Shown one piece after another: positions 29,073 to 38,551 of a stretch of DNA of 64,000 nt; positions within the stretch are counted from its first letter, which is position 1; each line of letters begins with the position of its first letter. Where the stretch lies: positions 181,226 through 245,225 of IMG/VR virus record IMGVR_UViG_3300047095_000752. One strand, written 5' to 3'. Under the pieces are notes generated by a model. The model had not been told where the DNA came from, ran no database searches, and saw only the letters and a program-made list of their open reading frames with translations. The position numbers and the translations under genes were made by a program.

Positions 29073-29945
29073 ATGAGATTACACAACGCTAAAGATAATA
29101 TAGATGCGGTTCTATCTGAGTCACTACTCGGCACTGTGGGTGGAGCCGCCCTGAAATATGGTGGAAAAGCCCTCGCCGGTATGACTAAGGCAAATGCTGC
29201 TAAAGCCGCCAAACTTGGTGTGGGTGGTACTGCCGCATACACTGCCGGAAATGCAGTTGATAATAGAACTGGTGATAATGTAGGTAAAGCATGGCGCGGT
29301 GTAAAAAACGCTGCGTCTAATGTTAAAGCCGCAGGTTGGGATAACCCTCTTGATGCTGCAGGTAAGTGGTGGGCAAGTAACCCACAAGCTGATGCTGCTC
29401 GGGATGCTCATATCAAATCACTAACCAAATCAAGTGCTGAAAAAGTTGCCGCCCGCGAAGCCGCAGAGAAAGCAGCCCAAGCACAACGAGACGCTCAAGC
29501 CAAGAATGTACTTGCAAATTCAGGTACAAAGCCTACTCTTGCAACATCCCTTAAAGATGGTATGACTTCTGCCAAAAATTCAATTATGACTAATAGTAAA
29601 GCTGCTCTCGAAAAGGTGAAAAGGGTGGCAACCAACAAGACTGCAGAAGTTAAGAAGGGAATTGATAGCTATCAAGCAGGTCGCGCCAAAGCTGCCGAAC
29701 TAATGGCTAAGTTACCGAAGCCCGCACCAATCCGGCCCGTAGCCCCGGCTCAACCCGTACTACCACCCCCTCCACCTCCGATGCCACAAGCCGCCTATAT
29801 TCCACCTCCTAGACCAGTTCAAGCTCCCGTACAAGCACCTCAACCTGTACCCCAAGCTCCTCAACAAACACGGGTACAACGTGCACAGAATTTCTACGGT
29901 GTAGGTCGAAATCGCCAAGGTAGTGGTGGTGGTCCCAGAAGATAA
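29073..29945 (+). CDS. Ala/Lys-rich, Pro/Gln-tailed protein; candidate internal head (ejected) protein
   Basis: class B promoter, N-terminal VLSE putative cleavage site, low-complexity composition. Confidence 0.55.
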   Translation: MRLHNAKDNIDAVLSESLLGTVGGAALKYGGKALAGMTKANAAKAAKLGVGGTAAYTAGNAVDNRTGDNVGKAWRGVKNAASNVKAAGWDNPLDAAGKWWASNPQADAARDAHIKSLTKSSAEKVAAREAAEKAAQAQRDAQAKNVLANSGTKPTLATSLKDGMTSAKNSIMTNSKAALEKVKRVATNKTAEVKKGIDSYQAGRAKAAELMAKLPKPAPIRPVAPAQPVLPPPPPPMPQAAYIPPPRPVQAPVQAPQPVPQAPQQTRVQRAQNFYGVGRNRQGSGGGPRR

Positions 29946-30038
29946 TTATCTTATTAAAATATATATAATACACAATCCCATTTCAATTAATATTGGAATG
30001 GGATTCTTTTTATGATATCATATGGGTAGGAGAACACT

Positions 30039-30557
30039 ATGAATAGTAAAAATAAAGGATCATCGTTCGAGCGCAAGATTTGTAAGTTATTATCACAGTG
30101 GATTACAAGCGGTGAACGTGACGATATTTTGTGGCGCTCCATTTCATCTGGAGCTTGGAATACTATTAAAAAACGCACTACAAATACACAAATTGGGGAT
30201 CTTACCTATATAGATCCATTAGGGAAACCTTTTATTGATAAGTTTGCAATCGAATGTAAATCGTATAAAGATGTACAAATGATTAAATTGTTTAACGAAA
30301 ATAGTATTATAAATAAATGGTGGGATAAAATTAATGAAGAAGCCGGAGATAAATATCCAATTATAATATTCAAAGAAAATAGAAGTTGTGAGTTTGTGGT
30401 TATTCCGTATTCTATATTTGACGTATTGAATTCTGACATTGGATTTTCAAATACAAATTATATTAAAGTGGGTAGGGAAACTAATACATTTTATATAATT
30501 AAACTGTCGGATTTATTACAAAATGATTACAATAAATTTATAAATGACATAAGATAA
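30039..30557 (+). CDS. Holliday junction resolvase (Hjc-like PD-(D/E)XK)
   Basis: SKNKGSSFER...SSGA...GDL...IECK. Confidence 0.85.
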   Translation: MNSKNKGSSFERKICKLLSQWITSGERDDILWRSISSGAWNTIKKRTTNTQIGDLTYIDPLGKPFIDKFAIECKSYKDVQMIKLFNENSIINKWWDKINEEAGDKYPIIIFKENRSCEFVVIPYSIFDVLNSDIGFSNTNYIKVGRETNTFYIIKLSDLLQNDYNKFINDIR

Positions 30558-30569
30558 AGGATGATAACA

Positions 30570-30719
30570 ATGCGTAAATTTAATGAAGATTTTTCATCAC
30601 CCATGAGTTCAGTTAGTATGCCTTCATATGAGACATTTACTAAACCTTATCGCTTAGATAAAGCAAAAAAATTTATTAAAAAAATTGCTGCTAAAAAAAT
30701 AAACTCTACTAAAAAATAA
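30570..30719 (+). CDS. 49-aa basic protein (MRKFNEDF...KKINSTKK)
   Basis: AAAGGA RBS, followed by terminator. Confidence 0.5.
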   Translation: MRKFNEDFSSPMSSVSMPSYETFTKPYRLDKAKKFIKKIAAKKINSTKK

Positions 30720-30760
30720 CCCCCCAGTAGCGTCGTGTCAGCGCGGACTGGGGGATTTAA
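30711..30760. terminator. bidirectional terminator
   Basis: CCCCCAGT/ACTGGGGG stem with A/T flanks. Confidence 0.65.
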
Positions 30761-30954
30761 AATTTTATTCGGGTGGAGTTTAGGGACCAGCCCTTATAGC
30801 TATGTTCATTTTAATTACCCAATCATGGTGAAGCCCTAGCTGTGGTTGGCGCGGGCGTGGGAAACTTGTTCAACCACCTCGTCGACGGTGGCGTTCGGAT
30901 AGCGGACTACGACTTGCCAGATCGCTCTAACAAGTGTAGTCCGCTCAACTGGAC

Positions 30955-31239
30955 TTAGCGGGCGCACGCGGGGCACCCACCGAGCCTCGCCCGCAGCCGG
31001 GCGAACCGGCTGGGGGGCGGAAGCACAGGGGCTTTCTTCAGCCCCAGCTTCAGAGCGGCTGCCCCGACAATCGCCGGGTTCCTCAACACCATGGCACCGC
31101 CAATGGCGGCCACCATGATTACGCCCGCGACCGCGTAATCCCGCTTCGTAAGCGGGGTGTCGGTCGTCTTGGTTGTGGTCGTCTCTTCGGTAGTGGTGAT
31201 CTTTTCGTGGGTCTCTGCGTTATTGGTGTCTTGTTCCAT
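30955..31239 (-). CDS. GC-rich small membrane protein
   Basis: GGAAGG RBS; Thr-rich N-terminus, one TM helix, basic Cys tail. Confidence 0.65.
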   Translation of the reverse strand: MEQDTNNAETHEKITTTEETTTTKTTDTPLTKRDYAVAGVIMVAAIGGAMVLRNPAIVGAAALKLGLKKAPVLPPPSRFARLRARLGGCPACAR

Positions 31240-31295
31240 GACATACCTTCCATTATGCCACCTATTCTTAGAATTAGGGGCGTTAGTTGTAAATT

Positions 31296-31315
31296 CAATA
31301 GTTTATATATATAGT
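31296..31315 (-). promoter_or_regulatory. phage promoter class A
   Basis: ACTATATATAT AAACTAT TG. Confidence 0.7.
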
Positions 31316-31401
31316 CGTTTTTAGCCTATTTTGAAGGTAAAATATAAGCTGTTTTCTTACACAATTTTAGGGTATAATACCGCACATAATCATATTTTTT
31401 A

Positions 31402-31414
31402 GGACAAATGAGTG
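31402..31414 (+). promoter_or_regulatory. phage promoter class B
   Basis: GGACAAATGAGTG upstream of the LigD-PE/GT operon. Confidence 0.55.
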
Positions 31415-31484
31415 TAAAGAGGTTAAAATAAACAAGAAGATTTTATAAAATGGTTTAATTTAAAAATATTAAAGGAGAATAACT

Positions 31485-31910
31485 TTGTATTCGACTGAAC
31501 GATTTGTGATCCATGAACACGACGCTAAAACAGCAGGTTTACACTATGACCTGCGGATCTCTATCCCAAACCGAGATTCCCTAGCGAGTTTTGCGATCCC
31601 TAAGCATAAGATCCCACAAAAAGCAGGGGATAAGGTTTTGGCTGTAAAGACGCACGACCATGGTAGAATCTGGCTGTCCATAGATAATATGACGATCCCA
31701 GAAGGTCAGTACGGAGCAGGATCTATAAATATTTTTCAGGCAGGTGTATGTGAGATAGAAGGTTGGTCGTATAGTCACATAACATTTAGAGTAAATGGAT
31801 CCTCAGTAAAAGAAGGTCTGGATGGAAGATATGCTTTAATTAAGTTTAGAGGTGGTAAATCTGGAGACAGAGATAACCTATGGGTATTATTAAAAACTAA
31901 AACACAATAA
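31485..31910 (+). CDS. stand-alone LigD 3'-phosphoesterase (PE) domain protein
   Basis: RFVIHEHDA...LHYDLR...SFAIPK...LAVKTHDH...IPEGQYGAG. Confidence 0.9.
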   Translation: MYSTERFVIHEHDAKTAGLHYDLRISIPNRDSLASFAIPKHKIPQKAGDKVLAVKTHDHGRIWLSIDNMTIPEGQYGAGSINIFQAGVCEIEGWSYSHITFRVNGSSVKEGLDGRYALIKFRGGKSGDRDNLWVLLKTKTQ

Positions 31911-31944
31911 TAAATAAAATGCACAGCACACAAGGAATAATACA

Positions 31945-33111
31945 ATGAAATTGTTAGAACAACAAATATATAAGCAGTTACATGAACATAACGAGATCTG
32001 CTTTGGCCCCTTGGTGGGGGAACTGGGGTGGGAAGTAATTCTTTTATCTGGATTTATTAAAAAGTATAAGAAAGATTACCCCGAAAAGAAGATCTACGTT
32101 TGTACCAGAACAGATCGAAAAGAACTATATGAAAACTGTGGACTAGACGATATTCTAATTTTTGATATTCCGGGTGATTACGATAAATTTACTGCGCGTG
32201 GTAACACATTATGTATCGAGAATGCTGAAGGTATTCCGCTTATCGTAGATGTATCAAAACAATTTAAAAATTTAAAAGAGAGTGTCCACCAAATCCATCC
32301 CGGAACTGTATTTTTTTCATTCGAAACTCAGCAATTTAGTGCTGTCCCGCCTTATGAACTGTCCAATCTAGACTTTAGATTGCTACCAAATCCCGCCAAT
32401 AGTGATGTCATTAAAAATATACTATCCAAGAAAGAAAATCTTAATAAGAAGGTTGTCACTATATTTAGTAGGCACCGTATAGATCTAGCTCACAGAAATT
32501 GGAGTGAATCTAACTGGAAAAGTTTATTCAGAAAATTAAAGAAAAATGATGATTACATAGTCTTCATCTCTGGCATATCCCCTTCGTTCGTGAAGCCTAA
32601 AGCCTCTAAAAACATATATATACTGGAGGATATTCAGAAGAATTATAACGCAGATGTAACCACACTAGGATTATGTATAGAAGCTATACGTAATTCTACT
32701 TTTACGTTCGGTCCACAGACAAGTGGGATCCTCTTAGCAAATATATTAAATGTTCCATCATTATATTTTGGTAAAGAAAGAGATCTTGTATCAAAAAACT
32801 ATAATCCATTTAACGTCCCCCATCAATTCGTAGAAGTGGAATATGGATCTAATTTCTCGTATAATATAGCAGTGGATGAGGTATATAACTACATTTTAAA
32901 TTTTAATCCAAATTCTGATACCAATATAAATTCGGCTCCAAGCACATTAGCAGAAAATATGGAATATAAACTTCCTGTCTTACACCCAACATTATCTCAA
33001 ATCACAGATCCAAAAGTATTACGTGAAAAGGTTAGAGAATTTAATATGTATGGAGTTCGTAGAAATATTCCATTAGAGTTAAGACCAGTTAATACACATT
33101 CCGAGGGATAA
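31945..33111 (+). CDS. GT9-like glycosyltransferase
   Basis: GPLVGELGWE; RNW..NW; FGPQTSG; GT-B layout. Confidence 0.65.
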   Translation: MKLLEQQIYKQLHEHNEICFGPLVGELGWEVILLSGFIKKYKKDYPEKKIYVCTRTDRKELYENCGLDDILIFDIPGDYDKFTARGNTLCIENAEGIPLIVDVSKQFKNLKESVHQIHPGTVFFSFETQQFSAVPPYELSNLDFRLLPNPANSDVIKNILSKKENLNKKVVTIFSRHRIDLAHRNWSESNWKSLFRKLKKNDDYIVFISGISPSFVKPKASKNIYILEDIQKNYNADVTTLGLCIEAIRNSTFTFGPQTSGILLANILNVPSLYFGKERDLVSKNYNPFNVPHQFVEVEYGSNFSYNIAVDEVYNYILNFNPNSDTNINSAPSTLAENMEYKLPVLHPTLSQITDPKVLREKVREFNMYGVRRNIPLELRPVNTHSEG

Positions 33112-33116
33112 TATAA

Positions 33117-34286
33117 ATGAAAAATACTGAGAAAAAGATATACGAAGAATTAGAACCCCATAATACAATTTGTTTTGGTCCTGTTTTCTCCGATTTTGGA
33201 TGGGAGGTGTCATACATCTCAGGGTTTATCAAAAAGTATAAAAAAGATAATCCACACAAAATAGTATTTGTAGCAACTCGTGAAAACCGTAAAGAATTAT
33301 ATGAAAATGCAGGACTTAATGATGTCTTCACATTTAAAATCGACGGTGATTATGCGACAGTAACACCGAGATCTCACTCAGTATATAAAGTTGATTCAAA
33401 AAATGTAAATGTACCAATTCCAATAAAAGTTGAAGATGAGTTTAAATATGTAAAAGATAGAATTTCAGATACCCATAAAAATGTAAAATTCCATTCATTT
33501 GTAGATTTAGTTTTTAGTTTTCAACCGGACTTCTCACTACAGGAATTTGATTATAGTTTTAAAACCCATGATGACAATTCAAAATTAATTCAAGATATCA
33601 TTGAAAAGAATCCAAATAAAAAAGTAGTAACAATATTCAGCAGACAGAGAGTAGACCTAGACCACAGAAATCTAGGAGTTAATCATTGGAATCATTTATT
33701 AAGACGACTCAGTGATTTAGATTCGCATATATTCTTAATCGCAGGAGTAAGTCCAGCGTATGTAAAACCAGACCCTCACTATAAGAATATGTATAACCTT
33801 GAAGATATGTGTGGCGATAATCCAAATGTTACAATACTAGCATTAATGATTGAGGCTGTCCGGAGATCACATTTTACATTCGGACCTCAAACTGCAGGTA
33901 TATTATTATCAATGGTTATGCAAGTTCCTACATTATATTTTGGTACGGACTATAACCTCGTATCAATAAATTATAATCCATTTAAATCTCAATCTGATTT
34001 TATACAAGTTAAAGTTAAGCACCCATCTGGAGAATATGATATAAATCCGGATGAACTTTACCGTAGAATAACAGAACTTAAATTAAGAGATCCTAATCAG
34101 ATAATAGTTACACCCGGACCACACACAATTGATATTGAATATCGAATACCAGAACTACATCCTTTATTAGTAGGTTTAACGGGATATCAAAAAATACAAA
34201 AAATAAGAGAATTAAATAGAAATCCTTCTAAATCAATACCCCTCATCGAACCGGTACCCGCTGTTGATACCGTAATTACAAAATAG
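33117..34286 (+). CDS. GT9-like glycosyltransferase, tandem paralogue
   Basis: colinear similarity to 31945..33111 (ICFGP..GWE, RKELYEN.GL, KKVVTIFSR, FTFGPQT.GILL, NYNPF). Confidence 0.65.
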   Translation: MKNTEKKIYEELEPHNTICFGPVFSDFGWEVSYISGFIKKYKKDNPHKIVFVATRENRKELYENAGLNDVFTFKIDGDYATVTPRSHSVYKVDSKNVNVPIPIKVEDEFKYVKDRISDTHKNVKFHSFVDLVFSFQPDFSLQEFDYSFKTHDDNSKLIQDIIEKNPNKKVVTIFSRQRVDLDHRNLGVNHWNHLLRRLSDLDSHIFLIAGVSPAYVKPDPHYKNMYNLEDMCGDNPNVTILALMIEAVRRSHFTFGPQTAGILLSMVMQVPTLYFGTDYNLVSINYNPFKSQSDFIQVKVKHPSGEYDINPDELYRRITELKLRDPNQIIVTPGPHTIDIEYRIPELHPLLVGLTGYQKIQKIRELNRNPSKSIPLIEPVPAVDTVITK

Positions 34287-34297
34287 GAATATGAACA

Positions 34298-34900
34298 ATG
34301 AAGATATACAATCAAAAAAAAGATTTATGGTTAATGGCGTGGGCGGATTGGAATCCCGCTAAACGATATACAGAAGAATATCAAGTGAGAGCCGAGACTA
34401 CAAATTATTATAAACCCGAAGTTTTACAAATTAGAGATAGCTTTGTTAGATCTAAATGTGATCTTAAAACTGCGTTTGATTACGGGTGCGGTATGCGACC
34501 TTTCCATCTTAATCTCAAAACGAAAGAATCCGACTGTCTCGGTATGTGGGATAAATATATTGAACCTCACACAAAGTTCGACCGTGAAGCATATATGAAA
34601 AGTATAACTCTGCTGTTGTTTGATGTATTGGAGCATATGCACGATCCACATGCATTTTTAATGACGATCCCACAAAAACGATTGATAATGACAATTCCTG
34701 TATTTCCTGCAGCAACGATTAATACTTTAGAGGAGCTTGAAGGTTGGAAGCATACCCGTCCCGGTGAACATTTCATCTACGCTACAGAAGCTGGTATAAT
34801 TGATATAGTTACCGAGTCTGGATGGAATATAGAATACAAAGGATATCCAGAGTGCCCTCCCCGTGAAGATATTTTAACATTGGTTTTAACAAGGAATTAA
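34298..34900 (+). CDS. class I SAM-dependent methyltransferase
   Basis: FDYGCG, FDVLEHM.DP, WKHTRPGEH. Confidence 0.8.
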   Translation: MKIYNQKKDLWLMAWADWNPAKRYTEEYQVRAETTNYYKPEVLQIRDSFVRSKCDLKTAFDYGCGMRPFHLNLKTKESDCLGMWDKYIEPHTKFDREAYMKSITLLLFDVLEHMHDPHAFLMTIPQKRLIMTIPVFPAATINTLEELEGWKHTRPGEHFIYATEAGIIDIVTESGWNIEYKGYPECPPREDILTLVLTRN

Positions 34901-34902
34901 AA

Positions 34903-35415
34903 ATGGAAGAAGAAATTTGGAAACCTATTCCAGAATATGAAGATTCATATGAAGTTAGCAATCTAGGTAGAATAAAAAGTATAAAATTCAATAAAGAAAA
35001 AATACTAAAACTATCATTCGATAATTATGGCTATAATCATTTGAGTTTACGTAAAAATAAAATAGGTAAAACCAAAAAAGTACATAGATTAGTTATGTTA
35101 ACTTTTAAAAATGATTCTTATTTTGATGGCGCTCAAGTTAATCACATTAATGGTATAAAGACTGATAATAGATTAGATAATCTAGAATGGTGCGATCAAT
35201 TCCATAATATGCAACACGCATTTAAATTAGGGCTACAAATATCACTCAAGGGTGAAAATCATGGTGCCGCTAAATTAAATCAAAATCAAGTTAATAAGAT
35301 TAGATTTTACTATGAAAATAAAATATTTAATCAACGTCAATTAGCAAATATGTTTAATATAAAACGAGGAACCATTTCCGATATCACCACTAAAAAAATT
35401 TGGTCTCATTGTTAA
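34903..35415 (+). CDS. NUMOD4-HNH homing endonuclease
   Basis: EEIWKPIPEYEDSYEVSNLGRIKS; VNHINGIKTDNRLDNLEW. Confidence 0.92.
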   Translation: MEEEIWKPIPEYEDSYEVSNLGRIKSIKFNKEKILKLSFDNYGYNHLSLRKNKIGKTKKVHRLVMLTFKNDSYFDGAQVNHINGIKTDNRLDNLEWCDQFHNMQHAFKLGLQISLKGENHGAAKLNQNQVNKIRFYYENKIFNQRQLANMFNIKRGTISDITTKKIWSHC

Positions 35416-35450
35416 ATAAATTTAGAAGTAACCGTTCGAAAGCGAGTTTT

Positions 35451-37751
35451 ATGAAACATTATATCATCGATACAAATATCCTTATTACAGACCCAAATGC
35501 AATTACGAATCTACTGGATGGAGGTACGAATAAAGTTACAGTTCCAATTAATGTATTGATGGAATTGGATAAACTTAAAAATGATATTAAAGTTGGTTAT
35601 TTAGCGCGAAAAGCCACAAATGAATTAATAAAACTCAGAGAACAAAATAAGGTAACTATACTTGGTTCTGAATCTAGTGATTGGATTGATAATTATTTAG
35701 CTTCACCTGATGGTAAGATTTTAGATAATATATTAAAAAGTAAACTTAATGTTAAAGACGACAATATATTTTTGACTAATGATAATATATTTTCAATGAC
35801 ATCCGAACAGATATTTGCTGCTAAGAAGAGAAAGATTAAAGTTGAACCTTATAATACAAAAGGTGAGTATATATCAGATCCAGTTTTATTCAATGGATTT
35901 TTAAAGAGTAGTAACGTTGAAGATAACTTTATTAACGTAGCTAATTATTTTACTTGGAATGAAGGTAAATTAAATTTTAACAATAAAAAGAAGTCTCGTG
36001 CGGTCGCGGAACAAAAGGTGTGGACTCTAAGCCCTCGCCACTATACCCAAAAAATGATGATTGATCTTATTCTTAATGACGATATCAAACTTTTAAGCGT
36101 GCAGGGGCAGGCCGGGTTTGGGAAAGCTCAACCATTAGATTCGAAAGTGTTGACACCTAATGGGTGGATCCGAATGGGTGATATAAAAATTGGAGATGTG
36201 GTATCAACTCCAGATAGCACCACAGCATCTGTCGTTGGGGTGTACCCGCAAGGTGAAATTGACATATATCAAGTGACGTTTAATGACGGAACAAAAACCG
36301 AATGTTGTGGCGATCATTTGTGGAAAGTTCGAACTTATTGTGAAAAACATAAATACAAAGTAAAAACAACAAATGAACTTAAAGATGACTTATACGTTAA
36401 AACTAAAGTCGAAGGTAAGGGACAACGAATAAAATATTTTAACTTCCCATTAGAATGTGCCTACATGGATGAAAAACCAATCCCAATACACCCCTATGTA
36501 ATTGGTGTACTGTTGGGTGACGGAACTCTTTATTCTAGCTATACAAAATTAACTTCAAATGATCCAGAAATAATAGAAGAATGTAGAAGACTTATAGGTA
36601 ATGATATTATACTTGAAAAAACAAATGACGAAAATAATATGGAATACACATTTATAAAAAAGATCCGAAGTTCATCTTTTGTAAAAAATAGTTTTAATGA
36701 AATACTAAAGTCTTTAGACTTAGCCGGTAAAAAATCATATGAAAAGTACATACCGAAAGATTATTTATTCAATTCAAAACAAAATAGAATAGAACTACTC
36801 CAAGGATTGATGGACACCGATGGATTTGTGTCAGACGGTAAAGTGACAAAAGAAATATCATATTGTAGTACATCTTATCAGTTGTGTTTGGGTGTTATGG
36901 ATTTAGTCCGTTCACTTGGTGGAAAAGCCACTATAAACCAAAAGAAAACATTTTGTTATACGAAAGGTTATGAGAAAGAGGGTAGACCCGCATGGAATGT
37001 AAATATAAATTTTTCAAACGATGTAATTCCATTTAAATTAAAGAGAAAGGTCGATAGGTTTTTGAGTTTAAAAAAATATCCCGTCTCTAAAGGTATAAAA
37101 AGTATTGAATATATAGGTAAAAAAGAGGCACAATGTATTTCAATAGATCACAAAGATCATTTATATATAACGGACGATTTTATTTCTACACACAACACTG
37201 TGATCGCCTTAGCCTGTGCTCTTTATGAAACATTTGAAAAACATAAGTATAAAAAGATCGTATTCGTTAAACCTATGTTTGAAATTGGTAATTCTATGGG
37301 ATTCCTTCCGGGGGACGTGAATGATAAAATAGGTTGCTATTTCGAGTATGCGTTAGATCTACTTCTATTCCTGAGTGATCAGCGCAAAGCAACTAAGATA
37401 TTTGATGATCCACAGAATTATAAAAAGATTAATGAAAAGGCATTCAAATTTATGCCACTAAACTTTATTCGCGGCCAAAATTTAAACGAGACACTTCTTA
37501 TATGCGATGAGTTTCAAAACGCTAACAAACACGAACTGAAGTCGATCCTTACACGATGCGGCGAAGGTACTAAAGCGATCATCCTTGGTGACGTAGATCA
37601 AATCGACAATGCAGCAGTGAACAAACAAAATAATGCGATCAGTGCTCTGGTTAGAAATATGCTCCCGAATGATAAGTATGCTCATATTGTACTTAGTGGT
37701 AAACAGTCACGCGGACCTGTCTGCGATATGATCCTTAACTCTGGAATTTAA
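35451..37751 (+). CDS. phoH: PIN-PhoH ATPase (PhoH2-type) containing an intein
   Basis: IIDTN PIN start; GQAGFGK|T Walker A split by intein; GFLPGD, IRG, DEFQN, TRCGE, GD..QID. Confidence 0.9.
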   Translation: MKHYIIDTNILITDPNAITNLLDGGTNKVTVPINVLMELDKLKNDIKVGYLARKATNELIKLREQNKVTILGSESSDWIDNYLASPDGKILDNILKSKLNVKDDNIFLTNDNIFSMTSEQIFAAKKRKIKVEPYNTKGEYISDPVLFNGFLKSSNVEDNFINVANYFTWNEGKLNFNNKKKSRAVAEQKVWTLSPRHYTQKMMIDLILNDDIKLLSVQGQAGFGKAQPLDSKVLTPNGWIRMGDIKIGDVVSTPDSTTASVVGVYPQGEIDIYQVTFNDGTKTECCGDHLWKVRTYCEKHKYKVKTTNELKDDLYVKTKVEGKGQRIKYFNFPLECAYMDEKPIPIHPYVIGVLLGDGTLYSSYTKLTSNDPEIIEECRRLIGNDIILEKTNDENNMEYTFIKKIRSSSFVKNSFNEILKSLDLAGKKSYEKYIPKDYLFNSKQNRIELLQGLMDTDGFVSDGKVTKEISYCSTSYQLCLGVMDLVRSLGGKATINQKKTFCYTKGYEKEGRPAWNVNINFSNDVIPFKLKRKVDRFLSLKKYPVSKGIKSIEYIGKKEAQCISIDHKDHLYITDDFISTHNTVIALACALYETFEKHKYKKIVFVKPMFEIGNSMGFLPGDVNDKIGCYFEYALDLLLFLSDQRKATKIFDDPQNYKKINEKAFKFMPLNFIRGQNLNETLLICDEFQNANKHELKSILTRCGEGTKAIILGDVDQIDNAAVNKQNNAISALVRNMLPNDKYAHIVLSGKQSRGPVCDMILNSGI
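36126..37196 (+). mobile_element. class 3 intein with LAGLIDADG endonuclease (357 aa)
   Basis: starts AQPLD (Ala1), ends THN before Thr+1; DHLW, AQCI, THN give the W-C-T triplet; LLGDG and LQGLMDTDG motifs. Confidence 0.9.
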
Positions 37752-37772
37752 AATATACAAAAAAAGGGGGTC

Positions 37773-37934
37773 TCATTCCCCTTTTGGTTGGCGTTTCGGT
37801 TTGGGGCGCGGTACAGTGTACCGCGTCCCTTCAACCTTACCGCGCCCGTCACACTCTTCGCAGCGGACTCGGTAAGGGTCCTCCGGGTTGTCGAGGAGAT
37901 AATCCCCTTTCCCGTTGCATTTTTTGCAGTCCAT
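37773..37934 (-). CDS. 53-aa GC-rich Zn-finger protein (two CxxCxGxG motifs)
   Basis: MDCKKCNGKG...RCEECDGRG; GGAGGTG RBS. Confidence 0.7.
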   Translation of the reverse strand: MDCKKCNGKGDYLLDNPEDPYRVRCEECDGRGKVEGTRYTVPRPKPKRQPKGE

Positions 37935-37968
37935 AATATTCACCTCCTTTCTAGTGGTGGAGGCGGTC

Positions 37969-38208
37969 CTAGATGGACCACCTCCGTTTGAGGTCGGTGA
38001 CGTGATCGCGAATCACGTCGTATGGAAGTTCATCGCCCTCGGCTTTGAACTCCTGTTTGGCGAGCGCGGCGATGGCGGCGGCGCGCTGGGAAACCCGCTT
38101 GCGAGCGGGGGTGGGGGTGGCGACGGGGGCGAAAACGCTACGCAGCAACTGCGTAGCGTTACTCACCACCTCAAACTCCACCATGGACTGGGAACAGACA
38201 TCGCACAT
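37969..38208 (-). CDS. GC-rich orphan protein (MCDVCSQ...)
   Basis: AAGGAG RBS before ATG 38208. Confidence 0.6.
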   Translation of the reverse strand: MCDVCSQSMVEFEVVSNATQLLRSVFAPVATPTPARKRVSQRAAAIAALAKQEFKAEGDELPYDVIRDHVTDLKRRWSI

Positions 38209-38257
38209 GGTGCGTCTCCTTTTGTTGTTGTTGTTGTTTTTGTTGGTGAGAGCAGGG

Positions 38258-38551
38258 TCACAAGACCCCACTCCCGTCAAACAGGACACTCGCCTCCTCC
38301 TCATACTCATCCTCAACAGGCTCCTCCTTGCGGCTGATGAGTTCTTCATACTCAGCATCCGACAAGGCGGCGAGTTGGAGAGCATCCACCATCTCCTCGC
38401 GCAGCGGGTGGTTGCGGATCTCATCACAGAGATCGCTAGCGATGCACCGACCCTGTTCAAGCCGGTAAGTCCCGAGGCGGCGGGTCTTCGGTGCGCACGC
38501 GGCTTCCCATACGCTGGCGGCGGCGGCTTTGAGTTCTTCGACAGTTTTCAT
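38258..38551 (-). CDS. GC-rich orphan protein with acidic tail
   Basis: GGGAG RBS before ATG 38551; first gene after class A promoter. Confidence 0.65.
   Translation of the reverse strand: MKTVEELKAAAASVWEAACAPKTRRLGTYRLEQGRCIASDLCDEIRNHPLREEMVDALQLAALSDAEYEELISRKEEPVEDEYEEEASVLFDGSGVL

Noticed and set aside
29959-29969. Class A promoter copy
   Set aside because: Core matches but lacks the YG at +7 and points antisense into the 29073 gene; left as uncertain
30901-30945. Retron msd hairpin
   Set aside because: No RT nearby and no a1/a2 inverted repeats identified; kept only as a generic structured-RNA candidate
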